Source: an uncultured Desulfobacter sp.
GTDB taxonomy: Bacteria > Desulfobacterota > Desulfobacteria > Desulfobacterales > Desulfobacteraceae
Assembly (NCBI GenBank): GCA_963665095.1
Contig: OY762069.1
Span: forward strand, 576,001 to 640,000
Direction of reading: 5' to 3'
Length of the DNA: 64,000 nucleotides
Shown: piece after piece, positions 1-9,478 of the stretch
Numbering within the stretch: position 1 is the stretch's first letter
How the letters are laid out: the number at the start of each line of letters is the position of its first letter
Program-made: the position numbers and the translations under genes
Notes under the pieces: generated by a model
Databases searched by the model: none
What the model was told of the DNA's origin: nothing
What the model saw: the letters and a program-made list of their open reading frames with translations, nothing else

Positions 1-94
1 ACAACGTTGAATCTGGTTCATTCTGTAATTCAGATTCACATAGACACATTCCTATCAATAGGCGTGAAAAAAATTCAACCTATCATTTTAAATT

Positions 95-1594
95 TTATCC
101 GGTGGCCGCGAATAACTCCTTTTGTCCATCATCTTTTTTCTTCGGGTTATGCCTGGTTCCAGCCATTTCAATCAACAATGTGACGATCGTTGTAAATGCA
201 GATCGAACAACGACCCCATGCTGGCTTCTCACCCTTGTTTGTTCAAGTCCTTCTCTTTTCTTCATCAAATTGAAAGGACGTTCACAGTTCTTCCGAATGT
301 CGATTGCTTTTTTGGAATGATAATGAAAAGTTGGCATTGGCTGAAAATGGCCGTTGTCAAAACCAATAATTCTTGATTTGGGACAAGTTGATTCAAATAT
401 GCATTCACCAGGATTGGCAGCACACCCGAACTCATGGCCTTCCGGTGTGGCACCTATAAATTCCATTGGAATTTCGCAAGAGTCATCACAGGTGACTCTC
501 AACGGAGAGTCCAAAACATTATCAGGAAGTTTTGCTTTTTCAGATGCCGGGGCCACAACATAAACACCGGTTTCCTTCAGGACAGAACCGTTACTGTCGT
601 GATAAGCCTGGTCGGCGGTTATTAATTTCATATCAATACCCAGTGCCTGTGCAAGCTTAATCAATGGTTTTAAAAACAGGCTGTCGTGATGATTTGCTGC
701 GCCCACAACAGAGACCAAAGGAAAACTATGGCCCGTTTCGGGGTTTATTGCAGTTAAAGTGTGGAGTCTGTATCCGATAACATAAAATGACTTATCCCTT
801 TTGTTTCTGCGTTTTCCACAGTCAGAATCCAGATCGGAATAAATGCGTATTTTCTTTCCCTTAACTTTGATTGTGCAAAGAGGATAATTGATTTCGGACG
901 GCAACTCGGATGAATCAACACCATGAATAACAGTATTCTCCAGACAGCCTGATTTATAAAAATAATGGAGGAAATACACCAGGACATTCATCAACTGAAC
1001 AAATCGCAGCCCATTCCGGAAATGACACAGTTCGGTATGATCAACCTGGTTTTTGGTGTTTAGAGCTAATCCTACAAAACGCCTGTTTTGTTTTCGTTCT
1101 CTGCCGAAATATTCATCACTGCAAAATTTTCTGTAGCTGATTTCAGGGTATTTGATGATTTTCAAAAGCTCCATCCGAAATAGCTGATAGGGTTGGATAT
1201 CTCTGTGTGGAGCAGAATACCCTTCTGGGGCAATCAGGCTGTTGATAATTTGGTTATCTAAAAGCTGGTCAACAAACTGCAGTTCTTCATCCACAATTTC
1301 AGGATATGGTTTTCTTAGCCGGTCGAAATCAAACAGGTTATCAGAATGGAAGTTATCAATATACATAGCCATTTCCTGAAGATTGCGAATTCCCCCAGAC
1401 GGGCTTTGATCTTCAATGCCCGTAAGCTTTTCGATGGGAAGACCCAATTCTTGGGAGTAATCATAATTATCCACAACCTCAATCATGATTTCTCTGGTCA
1501 GTTCTTTCTTGGACTTCCTGGTCATATTTTTCCAGTTCGGAAAATCTTTTTTCAATTGATTTGTAATGATTCGCCTGATATTTTTCTCGTGCAT
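95..1594 (-). CDS. DDE transposase (IS4/IS5/IS1182-like; family unresolved)
   Basis: Motifs HGVDSS, GYRLHTL, ITADQAY, RKNCERPFNLMK. Start moved to ATG 1594 (AGAGG upstream) from the ORF-track 1669. Confidence 0.85.
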   Translation of the reverse strand: MHEKNIRRIITNQLKKDFPNWKNMTRKSKKELTREIMIEVVDNYDYSQELGLPIEKLTGIEDQSPSGGIRNLQEMAMYIDNFHSDNLFDFDRLRKPYPEIVDEELQFVDQLLDNQIINSLIAPEGYSAPHRDIQPYQLFRMELLKIIKYPEISYRKFCSDEYFGRERKQNRRFVGLALNTKNQVDHTELCHFRNGLRFVQLMNVLVYFLHYFYKSGCLENTVIHGVDSSELPSEINYPLCTIKVKGKKIRIYSDLDSDCGKRRNKRDKSFYVIGYRLHTLTAINPETGHSFPLVSVVGAANHHDSLFLKPLIKLAQALGIDMKLITADQAYHDSNGSVLKETGVYVVAPASEKAKLPDNVLDSPLRVTCDDSCEIPMEFIGATPEGHEFGCAANPGECIFESTCPKSRIIGFDNGHFQPMPTFHYHSKKAIDIRKNCERPFNLMKKREGLEQTRVRSQHGVVVRSAFTTIVTLLIEMAGTRHNPKKKDDGQKELFAATG

Positions 1595-1718
1595 AATGCC
1601 TCTGTTTTTGTGTTTTGTTTTCTGAATTAAGCAGCTTAAAATAATACACTTAAACAGAGGTTTATTCAATCTTTAACTGATTGAATTTTAAATAAATTTT
1701 GCTAATTAATTGTCCTTA

Positions 1719-2345
1719 GGTAAACCCCCGGCTCTGCCGGGGGACTCACCAAAGTTTGACATTTGCGGGGAAAAATGAAAGCCCATCCAAAAGTGAACCG
1801 CTCAAATTCACAAAGGAAAGGCTTTCATGAACAACGAATTAAGTTTATCCCACAGCCGTTGGGAATGCAAATACCATGTTGTGTGGATACCGAAGTACCG
1901 CAGAAAGACACTGTACGGCCAACTTAGGAAATACCTTGGGCAAGTTTTCAAGGATTTAGCAAGATGTAAGGAAAGCGAGGTTTTAGAGGGGCATATGATG
2001 CCCGACCATGTCCATATGCTGATCTCGATCCCTCCAAAGTACTCGGTGGCACAAGTTGTCGGATTTATCAAAGGTAAAAGTGCCATCCACATCGCTCGGA
2101 ATTATCTGGGCCATAGAAAAAATTATACAGGTCAGCAGTTTTGGGCCAGAGGTTATCACGTTTCAACTGTTGGGAGAGATGAAGATGTCGTTAGAGAATA
2201 CATCAGAACCCAGGAGAAAGAGGATCAGCGCTTAGAACAACTGACTTTATTCAGGTAATGTATTGCCACCTTTGAGGTGGCCATTAAATAACCGCTTTGA
2301 GCGGTTCACAAAATCAAGCCTCCGGCTTTGCCGGAGGTATATGAC
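1719..2345 (+). mobile_element. IS200/IS605-family element (tnpA only)
   Basis: Subterminal hairpins CCCCCGGCTCTGCCGGGGG (~1725-1743) and CCTCCGGCTTTGCCGGAGG (~2319-2337) flank a Y1 transposase; right end ...TATGAC. Confidence 0.88.
1827..2258 (+). CDS. tnpA: IS200-family Y1 (HUH) transposase
   Basis: YHVVWIPKYRR, HUH motif DHVHML, FWARGY, catalytic YIRTQ. Confidence 0.96.
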   Translation: MNNELSLSHSRWECKYHVVWIPKYRRKTLYGQLRKYLGQVFKDLARCKESEVLEGHMMPDHVHMLISIPPKYSVAQVVGFIKGKSAIHIARNYLGHRKNYTGQQFWARGYHVSTVGRDEDVVREYIRTQEKEDQRLEQLTLFR

Positions 2346-2620
2346 TTCTCGCTATCGATTTCAACACCCTTTAATAGACATTGGAAGCGTCTTTGAGAAG
2401 TTTCGATCTTAGATTCTCCCTGCTTGCTGTGATTTTCTTCACTATAAATACAGATGAAAAAATCAGACGTTGCATGTCCGGAAAATCAAAGGGCCTTATG
2501 CCATATTCGGACATCAGGCGTCCCTTTTTGAAATAGGGATTAGTTTTTGTCCTCCTTAAGCCGGGTCGGATACGCCTTCTTTCAGGCATTGACCGAATGC
2601 CGGTTTCGCCTTTTATGTGT

Positions 2621-2635
2621 TGGCATTTTTATTGC
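2621..2635 (+). promoter_or_regulatory. sigma54 (-24/-12) promoter of the DksA-family gene
   Basis: TGGCATTTTTATTGC = GG-N10-GC, ~75 bp upstream of the ATG. Confidence 0.75.
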
Positions 2636-2708
2636 TGATTTCTGCTTAAAACCATTTGGTTTAAAATTATTTGGGCAATGGATACCTAAATAAGGCAAGG
2701 GAGGCCTG

Positions 2709-3110
2709 ATGAACCTAGAAATTAGAAACCATGACCATGAGACACCAATGATGACACCCCTGAATTTGGCCTGTTTTGAAAAATTGTTGAATGATGCACT
2801 TGATGACCTGCAGCGCCAGGCCGGCTCTGCTGTATCGGAAATGACCCAGGAGCAGGCCAGGGAATCAGACCTCATTGATTCAACTATGGTTGAAATGAAC
2901 CAAAGCCTGAATTTCAGGCTTCATACCCGGAAAAGCTACTTGATTAAAAAAATCAGGGATGCCCTCAAGCGGATTGAAGACGGAAGCTATGGATATTGTG
3001 AGACCTGTGGGGAACCCATTGCCCTCAAACGGCTTTACGCAAGACCTGTGACATCCAAGTGTGTGGAATGCAAGGAAGCTGAAGAACGGATGGAAGCCCT
3101 GGTGTCTTAA
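2709..3110 (+). CDS. dksA: DksA/TraR C4-type zinc finger protein
   Basis: DLID acidic tip, ALKRIEDGSYGYCETCGEPI..RL.ARP....CVECK; GGAGG RBS. Confidence 0.88.
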   Translation: MNLEIRNHDHETPMMTPLNLACFEKLLNDALDDLQRQAGSAVSEMTQEQARESDLIDSTMVEMNQSLNFRLHTRKSYLIKKIRDALKRIEDGSYGYCETCGEPIALKRLYARPVTSKCVECKEAEERMEALVS

Positions 3111-3266
3111 ATAAACCTGGAGCGGCACGCTAAAATATTTTTTCGGGGGGAAGGGCCGGCATATTTCGTGACACTGCCCGTCATCTATAGGCGGGATTCT
3201 TTCGGGCCCTTCCCCCTTTCTTATTTCTTTATAAGGGATTATCCCGCAGTATCGGATCTAAGAGAC

Positions 3267-3312
3267 AAGCCCTGCCTCTTTACCTCACACGGTAAAGAGG
3301 CAGGGCTTTTTT
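3267..3312. terminator. Intrinsic terminator between convergent genes
   Basis: 18-bp stem AAGCCCTGCCTCTTTACC / GGTAAAGAGGCAGGGCTT followed by a T-run. Confidence 0.8.
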
Positions 3313-3360
3313 GCGCCCTTATCCGGACAGGTGTCCAGGCTTAGGGCCTTTCTTCAGTCA

Positions 3361-4854
3361 CTACTTGCTTTGGGAAAGTTCATATCCCGTCACTGTCAGT
3401 TTTGCAGGGGTTTTCATGTTGTCAATGTTGCCCGGCATCTTAACCAGGGGATACCACAGGGACATGCACAGGCAAAGGACAAGGATGCCCAGGATCGACC
3501 GGAACACCAGGATTTTGAACGCCTCCCACTGGGAAAAGTACCCGAAGCCATAGGCAATCAGGGTGGGAGGGCAGCCGATGACCAGCAGGACAAAGGTTGT
3601 GGCTAAAGGTACGGCCATGGCAATGGGCGCCGCGGGCGTTCCAGCCATGTCTGCCATGGGCACCACCACAGGCACCAGCAATGCCGTGGCTGCAGCATTG
3701 GCCATGAAGCTTGTGATCACTGCACTCAATGCAGAGGCGCCTGCTGCCACAACCGGCCAGGGCGAGTTGGTGAATATCGGGAAAATCTGGGTTGCAATCC
3801 AGTTGCCGGCTCCTGTGTCAAGCATGGCCACGCCCAGGGAGAAACCCGCGCCGAAAACCATGATGGGGTTCCAGGGGTACTCATCCAGGCAACGCTTCCA
3901 GTCCACCACGTTAAAGACCATGCACACCACGATAAACAGGCCGCCAATGGCTGAGACGTGAATTTTGGTAATGTCCGTCAAAAACCAGAGCACAAAGGTA
4001 CCGGCAAGAATCCAGGCCAGCTGCTTCTCTTTTTTTTCCATGGGCGGCATTTTTTCAATTGCCAGTTCCATGGGAAGCTCCTTGATTTTTGGCGGATAGA
4101 TGATCCACACCGCAAGCCAGGTGGCAAGTCCCAGGGCCAGGGAGGGGACGAACTGGTACAACATGTACTCCATGAAACCGATGTTGTAGCCGGTAATCTT
4201 GTACAGCAGTTCGGCGGAAGCAGGGGAGCGGCCGGAACCCAGGAAGGTGGCACCACCGCCGCAGGCGGCACCCAGGGGGATCATAAACATGAAATGCTTG
4301 GTAAAGCTGTTGCTCTTGTCAGGTGTCAGCCCCATTTTCAGGAACATGGGCATCATGGCATAGAGCAGGATAATGGTGATGGTGGCATCGTGGGTCCACG
4401 CCGCAAGAAAGGTGGCGCCCATGCACAGCGTAAAGCTTAAGCGCTTGACATTTCTGCCGCCGACTTTGAGAATATAGGCCATCAACCGGTTGGGTATGGT
4501 GGTCTGCCCGAGCATGACCCCGAGCATGATGATGAAAAAGACAAAAACCACTGTTCTGTTGGCATAGGGTTCCCAGGCAGCCTTGGCGGATTGAATCTTA
4601 AAAATAATCAACCCGCAGCCCACCCCGATGGAGGTGACGCCGATGGGAATGGCCTCGGATGTCCACAGCAGCACAACTGTGGCCAAAAGCGATAGAAATG
4701 CATGTCCCCGCACGCCTAAAGCCTCGGGGGTGGGAAGCAGCCAGATCAAAAATCCTGCGGCAATGGAAATGGCGATCCATTTAAGGGTAGACTTCCGGCC
4801 TTTTTCCTGTCCGCTTTCAGTTTGGGTCGCAGCAATATTCAGTTCGTGACTCAT
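3361..4854 (-). CDS. DASS/SLC13-family anion transporter
   Basis: Many TM helices, LLWTSEAIPIG, TSFMANAAATALLVP, PPTLIAYG; GGAGG RBS before ATG 4854. Confidence 0.88.
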   Translation of the reverse strand: MSHELNIAATQTESGQEKGRKSTLKWIAISIAAGFLIWLLPTPEALGVRGHAFLSLLATVVLLWTSEAIPIGVTSIGVGCGLIIFKIQSAKAAWEPYANRTVVFVFFIIMLGVMLGQTTIPNRLMAYILKVGGRNVKRLSFTLCMGATFLAAWTHDATITIILLYAMMPMFLKMGLTPDKSNSFTKHFMFMIPLGAACGGGATFLGSGRSPASAELLYKITGYNIGFMEYMLYQFVPSLALGLATWLAVWIIYPPKIKELPMELAIEKMPPMEKKEKQLAWILAGTFVLWFLTDITKIHVSAIGGLFIVVCMVFNVVDWKRCLDEYPWNPIMVFGAGFSLGVAMLDTGAGNWIATQIFPIFTNSPWPVVAAGASALSAVITSFMANAAATALLVPVVVPMADMAGTPAAPIAMAVPLATTFVLLVIGCPPTLIAYGFGYFSQWEAFKILVFRSILGILVLCLCMSLWYPLVKMPGNIDNMKTPAKLTVTGYELSQSK

Positions 4855-4871
4855 GTGATCCTCCAATCCGC

Positions 4872-5786
4872 TCATCTGGTGACGATGTTTACGATTTCAA
4901 AGAAAAGGTCCTGCTCCCTGAGAATCCCCACAACTTTTTTGCCTGATGTGACAATCAGGCGGGTCCTCTGGGTTTTGAACAGCAGGTCCGCCACCTCCAT
5001 GAGATTGGCGTTTTCATCGATCATGGGCGGGGAGTCCAGGGTAAGCTCGCCGATTTTCTTTTCGGCCAGGGCCTTCATCTGGATGGTGAAAAGTCCGTCC
5101 CACCCGTCGGTGAATACGTGGGAGAATCGCACGCTGTCCGCCTTGGAGGATTCCAGGACAGACAGATACCCAGGTCTTACTTCCCGGATCAGGTCTTTTA
5201 CCCGGAGCAATCCGGCATAGTTGCCGTCTTGGTCAAACACGATCAAAGAGCGGTGGCCCGCTTCCCGGATCATGTTCCCGGATACCTGCCGGTTCAAGGA
5301 TGCCATGAGTTTGTCCACCGCCTCCCTGATGGTGGTCTCCACGGTGACCGTGGTGTAGTTATCCACGGACGTCATGATATCCTTTACCTTTTTTTCCGTT
5401 TTGGCCGCATGGGTGTGGGCCACGGCATAGGCCTCATTGATTTTTGCTGCAAGGATGTCGATGTCACAGGGCTTGGTCAGATAATCAAAGGCGGCGAGCT
5501 TGCGGGAGTTTGCGGCAGAATCCTGCGTCCCGAACCCTGTGAGCATGATCACCTGGGTTTCAGGGGCAATTTTTTTAATTCTTGAAAGGGCTTCATGCCC
5601 GTCCATGCCCGTCATCTGTACATCGAGCACCACCACGTCAAAGGGGGTTTCCCCAAGGATTTGGAGGGCCTGTTCACCAGACCCGGCTATGGTGGTGTCA
5701 AATCCTTTTTTTGTTAAGAGCATTGATGCGGTTTTACGAAATCTTTCCTCGTCATCAACCATCATCACTTTTATTTTTTGTGTCAT
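4872..5786 (-). CDS. Response regulator with a C-terminal CBS pair
   Basis: REC (MVDDE, VVLDVQM, LTG, YLTKP), then VKDIMT...TIREAV and VVGILREQDL. Confidence 0.88.
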   Translation of the reverse strand: MTQKIKVMMVDDEERFRKTASMLLTKKGFDTTIAGSGEQALQILGETPFDVVVLDVQMTGMDGHEALSRIKKIAPETQVIMLTGFGTQDSAANSRKLAAFDYLTKPCDIDILAAKINEAYAVAHTHAAKTEKKVKDIMTSVDNYTTVTVETTIREAVDKLMASLNRQVSGNMIREAGHRSLIVFDQDGNYAGLLRVKDLIREVRPGYLSVLESSKADSVRFSHVFTDGWDGLFTIQMKALAEKKIGELTLDSPPMIDENANLMEVADLLFKTQRTRLIVTSGKKVVGILREQDLFFEIVNIVTR

Positions 5787-6003
5787 GTTTCAGTTCTCCT
5801 CAAAACATGTTCAAGTGTTGGCGGCCCATCATGATGCGATATCATGCCGGTCCGGGTTATGCCTTTCAGGGTCTGACCGTGTGGAATTTACTTATGCTCT
5901 TAGTTGTTCAATGATTTTTTACTGGGGGGATGCCACCTCCGTTGTTAGATTGCCGGATACCCCCGCCTTTCTGGATGTGAAGATGCGGGGTGATGGGGGT
6001 GTA

Positions 6004-6018
6004 GCAACTTGCATACCA
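6004..6018 (-). promoter_or_regulatory. sigma54 promoter of the REC-CBS/DASS operon
   Basis: Minus strand TGGTATGCAAGTTGC = GG-N10-GC. Confidence 0.7.
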
Positions 6019-6316
6019 CTGAAAAAAGCGCACAATGAAATTGTTAACATATTGAATTTAAATGATAAAAAATAAACAGGGGCAGCCAGGATCAGATGGA
6101 ATCCTGTCAGGAATTTTTCCAGGTTGATACTTTTTTATGCAGGCGGGACAGCGCCTGAAACTCCATCGAGTTTGCGCTTGACATCCCGCAGGATCTGGCT
6201 TAATTCCTTAAAAATTTGAATCCGAGACACCTTATTAATCAGGAGCGCAGACAAAACCTTGAACGCATCACCCCATTTGTTAATCACCTGGCGGATAAGC
6301 CTTTTTGGAGCTTTAG

Positions 6317-7705
6317 ATGAAAGAGATATTGGTTTTAACCCATTCCGAAGATGAGTGGCTCCTGATTTCAAGTGCTCTGTCCCATGTCGGCACCACCCGC
6401 CGGGCCCCCGATCTCAATACCGCGCTTACACTTCATACCCACTCTCCGTTTGATTTGATCCTGGCCGATATTGATCTATTGGCAGCCCATGAGGATATGT
6501 CTGCCTTCAAATCCGTGAATCCGTTTGTTCAGTTTATTGTCCTTTGCACACGATCCAATACCTTTCAAGCCATTGAAGCTGTGAAAAGCGGTGCGGTGGG
6601 ATATCTGCAGTCTCCGGTCAGCGAACGGGATATCCAGTTGCTGCTCCCGGCCTTGAAACGTTCCCGTCACAGGGATTTTGAACTGGATTACCTGCGGGAC
6701 AAATTCTGGAAAACCGAATGGCAGGATACCATACGGTCTAAAAATGAAGGCATGAAAAAGATCTTCAAAAATATCCGGTCCGTTGCCCCCACCATTGCCA
6801 CCGTCCTGCTGCTCGGGGAAACAGGTACGGGGAAAAGCACCCTGGCCAGGCTGATCCACTGGCACAGCCGGCGTTCCGAAAAGCCTTTTATCTCCATCAA
6901 TTGTGGTGCCATCCCTGACACCCTCATTGAAAGTGAGCTCTTCGGACATGAAAAAGGGGCCTTCACCGGGGCCATCCGTAAAAAACCGGGCCGGTTTGAA
7001 ATGGCGGAAACCGGCACCATATTTCTGGATGAGATCGGCACCATCTCCCCTGCCGCCCAGGTTAAGCTGCTTCAGGTGCTTCAGGACGGCACCTTCAGCA
7101 GAGTCGGCGGCGATGTCGTTCTCAAGGCGGATGTACGGATCATTGCCGCCACCAATTCAGACCTGGAAGAGGCTGTGGACAACGGCTTATTTCGAAAAGA
7201 CCTGTTTTACCGCCTCAACGTGTTTCCCATTGAGATACCGCCTCTCAAGGAACGCAGGGAAGATCTGGAAAGTCTGGTGGATCAATTTTTGAAAAAATTA
7301 AACATCAAGTATGCGAAAAACATTCAAACGGTACTGCCGTCAGTTTTGGAAGGATTCAACAATTATGACTGGCCCGGCAATATCCGGGAGCTTGAGAATA
7401 TCCTTGAACGTGCCTACATTCTTGAAACGTCCACTGTGCTGACCCCCGATAATTTACCCATCGAAACCCAGGCCGCCATTGCCCGGGATATCCCCGCGCC
7501 CGACACCGGTCAGACCCTGGCCCAGGCACGCCGGTATGCGGTTGATGCCTGTGAAGTTTCCTATCTATCCAGGCTGCTTTTGCAAACAAACGGCCGAATA
7601 AGTGAAACAGCACGAAAGGCCGGCATTACGACCCGGCAGATTAATCGCCTTTTGACCCGGCACGGACTGGATAAAAAACAATTCAAATCCCCCAAAGGCG
7701 CCTGA
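6317..7705 (+). CDS. sigma54-dependent activator (NtrC/Fis family) with atypical receiver domain
   Basis: GETGTGKS, ESELFGHEKGAFTGA, FLDEI, WPGNIREL, C-terminal HTH. Confidence 0.93.
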   Translation: MKEILVLTHSEDEWLLISSALSHVGTTRRAPDLNTALTLHTHSPFDLILADIDLLAAHEDMSAFKSVNPFVQFIVLCTRSNTFQAIEAVKSGAVGYLQSPVSERDIQLLLPALKRSRHRDFELDYLRDKFWKTEWQDTIRSKNEGMKKIFKNIRSVAPTIATVLLLGETGTGKSTLARLIHWHSRRSEKPFISINCGAIPDTLIESELFGHEKGAFTGAIRKKPGRFEMAETGTIFLDEIGTISPAAQVKLLQVLQDGTFSRVGGDVVLKADVRIIAATNSDLEEAVDNGLFRKDLFYRLNVFPIEIPPLKERREDLESLVDQFLKKLNIKYAKNIQTVLPSVLEGFNNYDWPGNIRELENILERAYILETSTVLTPDNLPIETQAAIARDIPAPDTGQTLAQARRYAVDACEVSYLSRLLLQTNGRISETARKAGITTRQINRLLTRHGLDKKQFKSPKGA

Positions 7706-7884
7706 TCTCATCACCCAGGGGCTGTTCCGGAAAAATGCAAAGGGCCTGCACAATACAGTCAACCGGGACACAAATAGGACAAGAATCGTCCGATTTTGTG
7801 TCCCCGGGATATTTTATGTCCTGTTTTTTTCAAACAATACCGATTCTGTGCGTGTTTCCTTTATGGTTGGACCGCAAATGGATA

Positions 7885-7899
7885 TGGCACGCTAATTGC
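7885..7899 (+). promoter_or_regulatory. sigma54 promoter of the small basic-protein gene
   Basis: TGGCACGCTAATTGC, a consensus TGGCAC-N5-TTGC. Confidence 0.82.
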
Positions 7900-7996
7900 T
7901 TGCCGTTCATAGAGCGGATAAACGCTTCGGATAGTCAATATCCGGTTGTAACAACTACAAGGTTCTATGGTCAGGTAAAACTGACGAGGAGGCATT

Positions 7997-8149
7997 ATGG
8001 CGGAAAAAGGGGAACAGAACAGAAACAAACGCGAGGGCCGGAAAACCGGGCAACTGAGCCTGAAAGAAAAGCGTAAAAAGAAAAAAGAAAAAGAGCTCTC
8101 CAGGGATGACCTGTTCCGGAAGATTAAAAAAACCGGAACTCAGAATTAA
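7997..8149 (+). CDS. Small Lys/Arg-rich protein, 50 aa (not in ORF track)
   Basis: GAGGAGG RBS; MAEKGEQNRNKREGRKTGQLSLKEKRKKKKEKELSRDDLFRKIKKTGTQN; sigma54 promoter upstream, hairpin downstream. Confidence 0.75.
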   Translation: MAEKGEQNRNKREGRKTGQLSLKEKRKKKKEKELSRDDLFRKIKKTGTQN

Positions 8150-8161
8150 ATATAATGGCCA

Positions 8162-8200
8162 TGGGCTGTGTCCGGCATATCATCTGCCGGGCACAGCCCA
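8162..8200. terminator. Hairpin between the small gene and convergent ppk2
   Basis: TGGGCTGTGTCCGGCA...TGCCGGGCACAGCCCA. Confidence 0.6.
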
Positions 8201-8260
8201 CGACAACGCAACTAAAAATTCATCTGCTTACCGGTAACTTTCTTTTAAGATTTCTGCATC

Positions 8261-9190
8261 TTAGTATCGTTTTGGCACATACAGTTCAGGTGGAAGCACT
8301 GCTCTCTCATAGTCAGGATTATGTTTTCGCTCCGGCAGTGTGAGAGGGTCATAGGAGACTTCCTCGTAGGGAATCTGATCCAGCAGGTGATGAATGCAGT
8401 TCAGGCGCGCCCATTTTTTATCATTGGCTTCGACGATAAACCAGGGGGCCTCGGGTATATTAGTACGGGCAAAGGTCGCTTCCTTGGCTTTGGTGTAATC
8501 CTCCCAGCGGACTCGGGACTGTAAATCCATATCGCTTAATTTCCACTGTTTGAGAGGATCATGAATACGCATGAGAAAGCGTAAATGTTGTTCTTGATCT
8601 GTGATGGAAAACCAGTATTTGATCAGGCGGATACCGGAGCGAACCAGCATTCGTTCAAATTCAGGCACATCCTTGAGGAACTGTTCAACCTGTTCCGGGG
8701 TCGCAAATCCCATGACCCGTTCCACGCCGGACCGGTTATACCAGGATCTGTCAAACAGGACTATTTCTCCGGCAGAAGGCAGATGCGGGACATATCTTTG
8801 GAAGTACCATTGTGACTGCTCTTTGTTTGTGGGTTTGTTCAGGGCAACTACCCTGCAAACTCTGGGATTCAGCCGCTGGGTAATCCGTTTGATCACGCCT
8901 CCCTTCCCGGCGGAATCGCGTCCTTCGAAAATAACGGCAATTTTTTCACCGGTATGTTGGACCCAGTTCATCATCTTGATCAGTTCCGCCTGGAGCATTA
9001 GCAGGGACTTGAAATATTTGCTTCCCTCAAGGGTTGGAGAATGTTGTTCCCTGTAAATCTTTTTTAATTCAGTTGACAGTTCCGATCCGGACAACTCAAG
9101 CTCGTAATCTTCATCAAAGGTGTCCTGGAGCTCTTCATCAAGCCAGTCAAGCACTCCTTGCTTGATCCTTTTTTTTGTTTTTTTATCCAT
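8261..9190 (-). CDS. ppk2: Polyphosphate kinase 2
   Basis: FEGRDSAGKGG, QWYFQRY, LFDRSWYNR, DPLKQWKLS. Confidence 0.95.
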   Translation of the reverse strand: MDKKTKKRIKQGVLDWLDEELQDTFDEDYELELSGSELSTELKKIYREQHSPTLEGSKYFKSLLMLQAELIKMMNWVQHTGEKIAVIFEGRDSAGKGGVIKRITQRLNPRVCRVVALNKPTNKEQSQWYFQRYVPHLPSAGEIVLFDRSWYNRSGVERVMGFATPEQVEQFLKDVPEFERMLVRSGIRLIKYWFSITDQEQHLRFLMRIHDPLKQWKLSDMDLQSRVRWEDYTKAKEATFARTNIPEAPWFIVEANDKKWARLNCIHHLLDQIPYEEVSYDPLTLPERKHNPDYERAVLPPELYVPKRY

Positions 9191-9478
9191 GTTGGAACCC
9201 TCCCCGGTAAGAGAAAAAAAAGAGCGTACCTATATGAAGTATGTCTTCAAAGGTGGAAAACCGTTAAATTCAATGGCGCTGTAACTGCTGGTATATGCGC
9301 CCGTGGAGAGCCAGTAAAGCCGGTCTCCCATGGACAGGTTCAAGGGCCTTAAAACTATTGGCGCAGCTTTATGAACTAAAATTCGTCCATCGTCAAGAAA
9401 AATATATTCAACCTGTTCTGTTTTGTCATACCCTCTGCGTTTTTAAAGGCGTACCACGAAGTTGCTTTATATTCTGGG

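Larger units (their letters stand above)
55..2374 (-). mobile_element. Probable IS carrying the DDE transposase, interrupted by an IS200 element
   Basis: Imperfect inverted ends TCAATAGGCGTGAAAA (~55-70) and ATTTCAACACCCTTTAA (~2358-2374); boundaries approximate. Confidence 0.45.
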
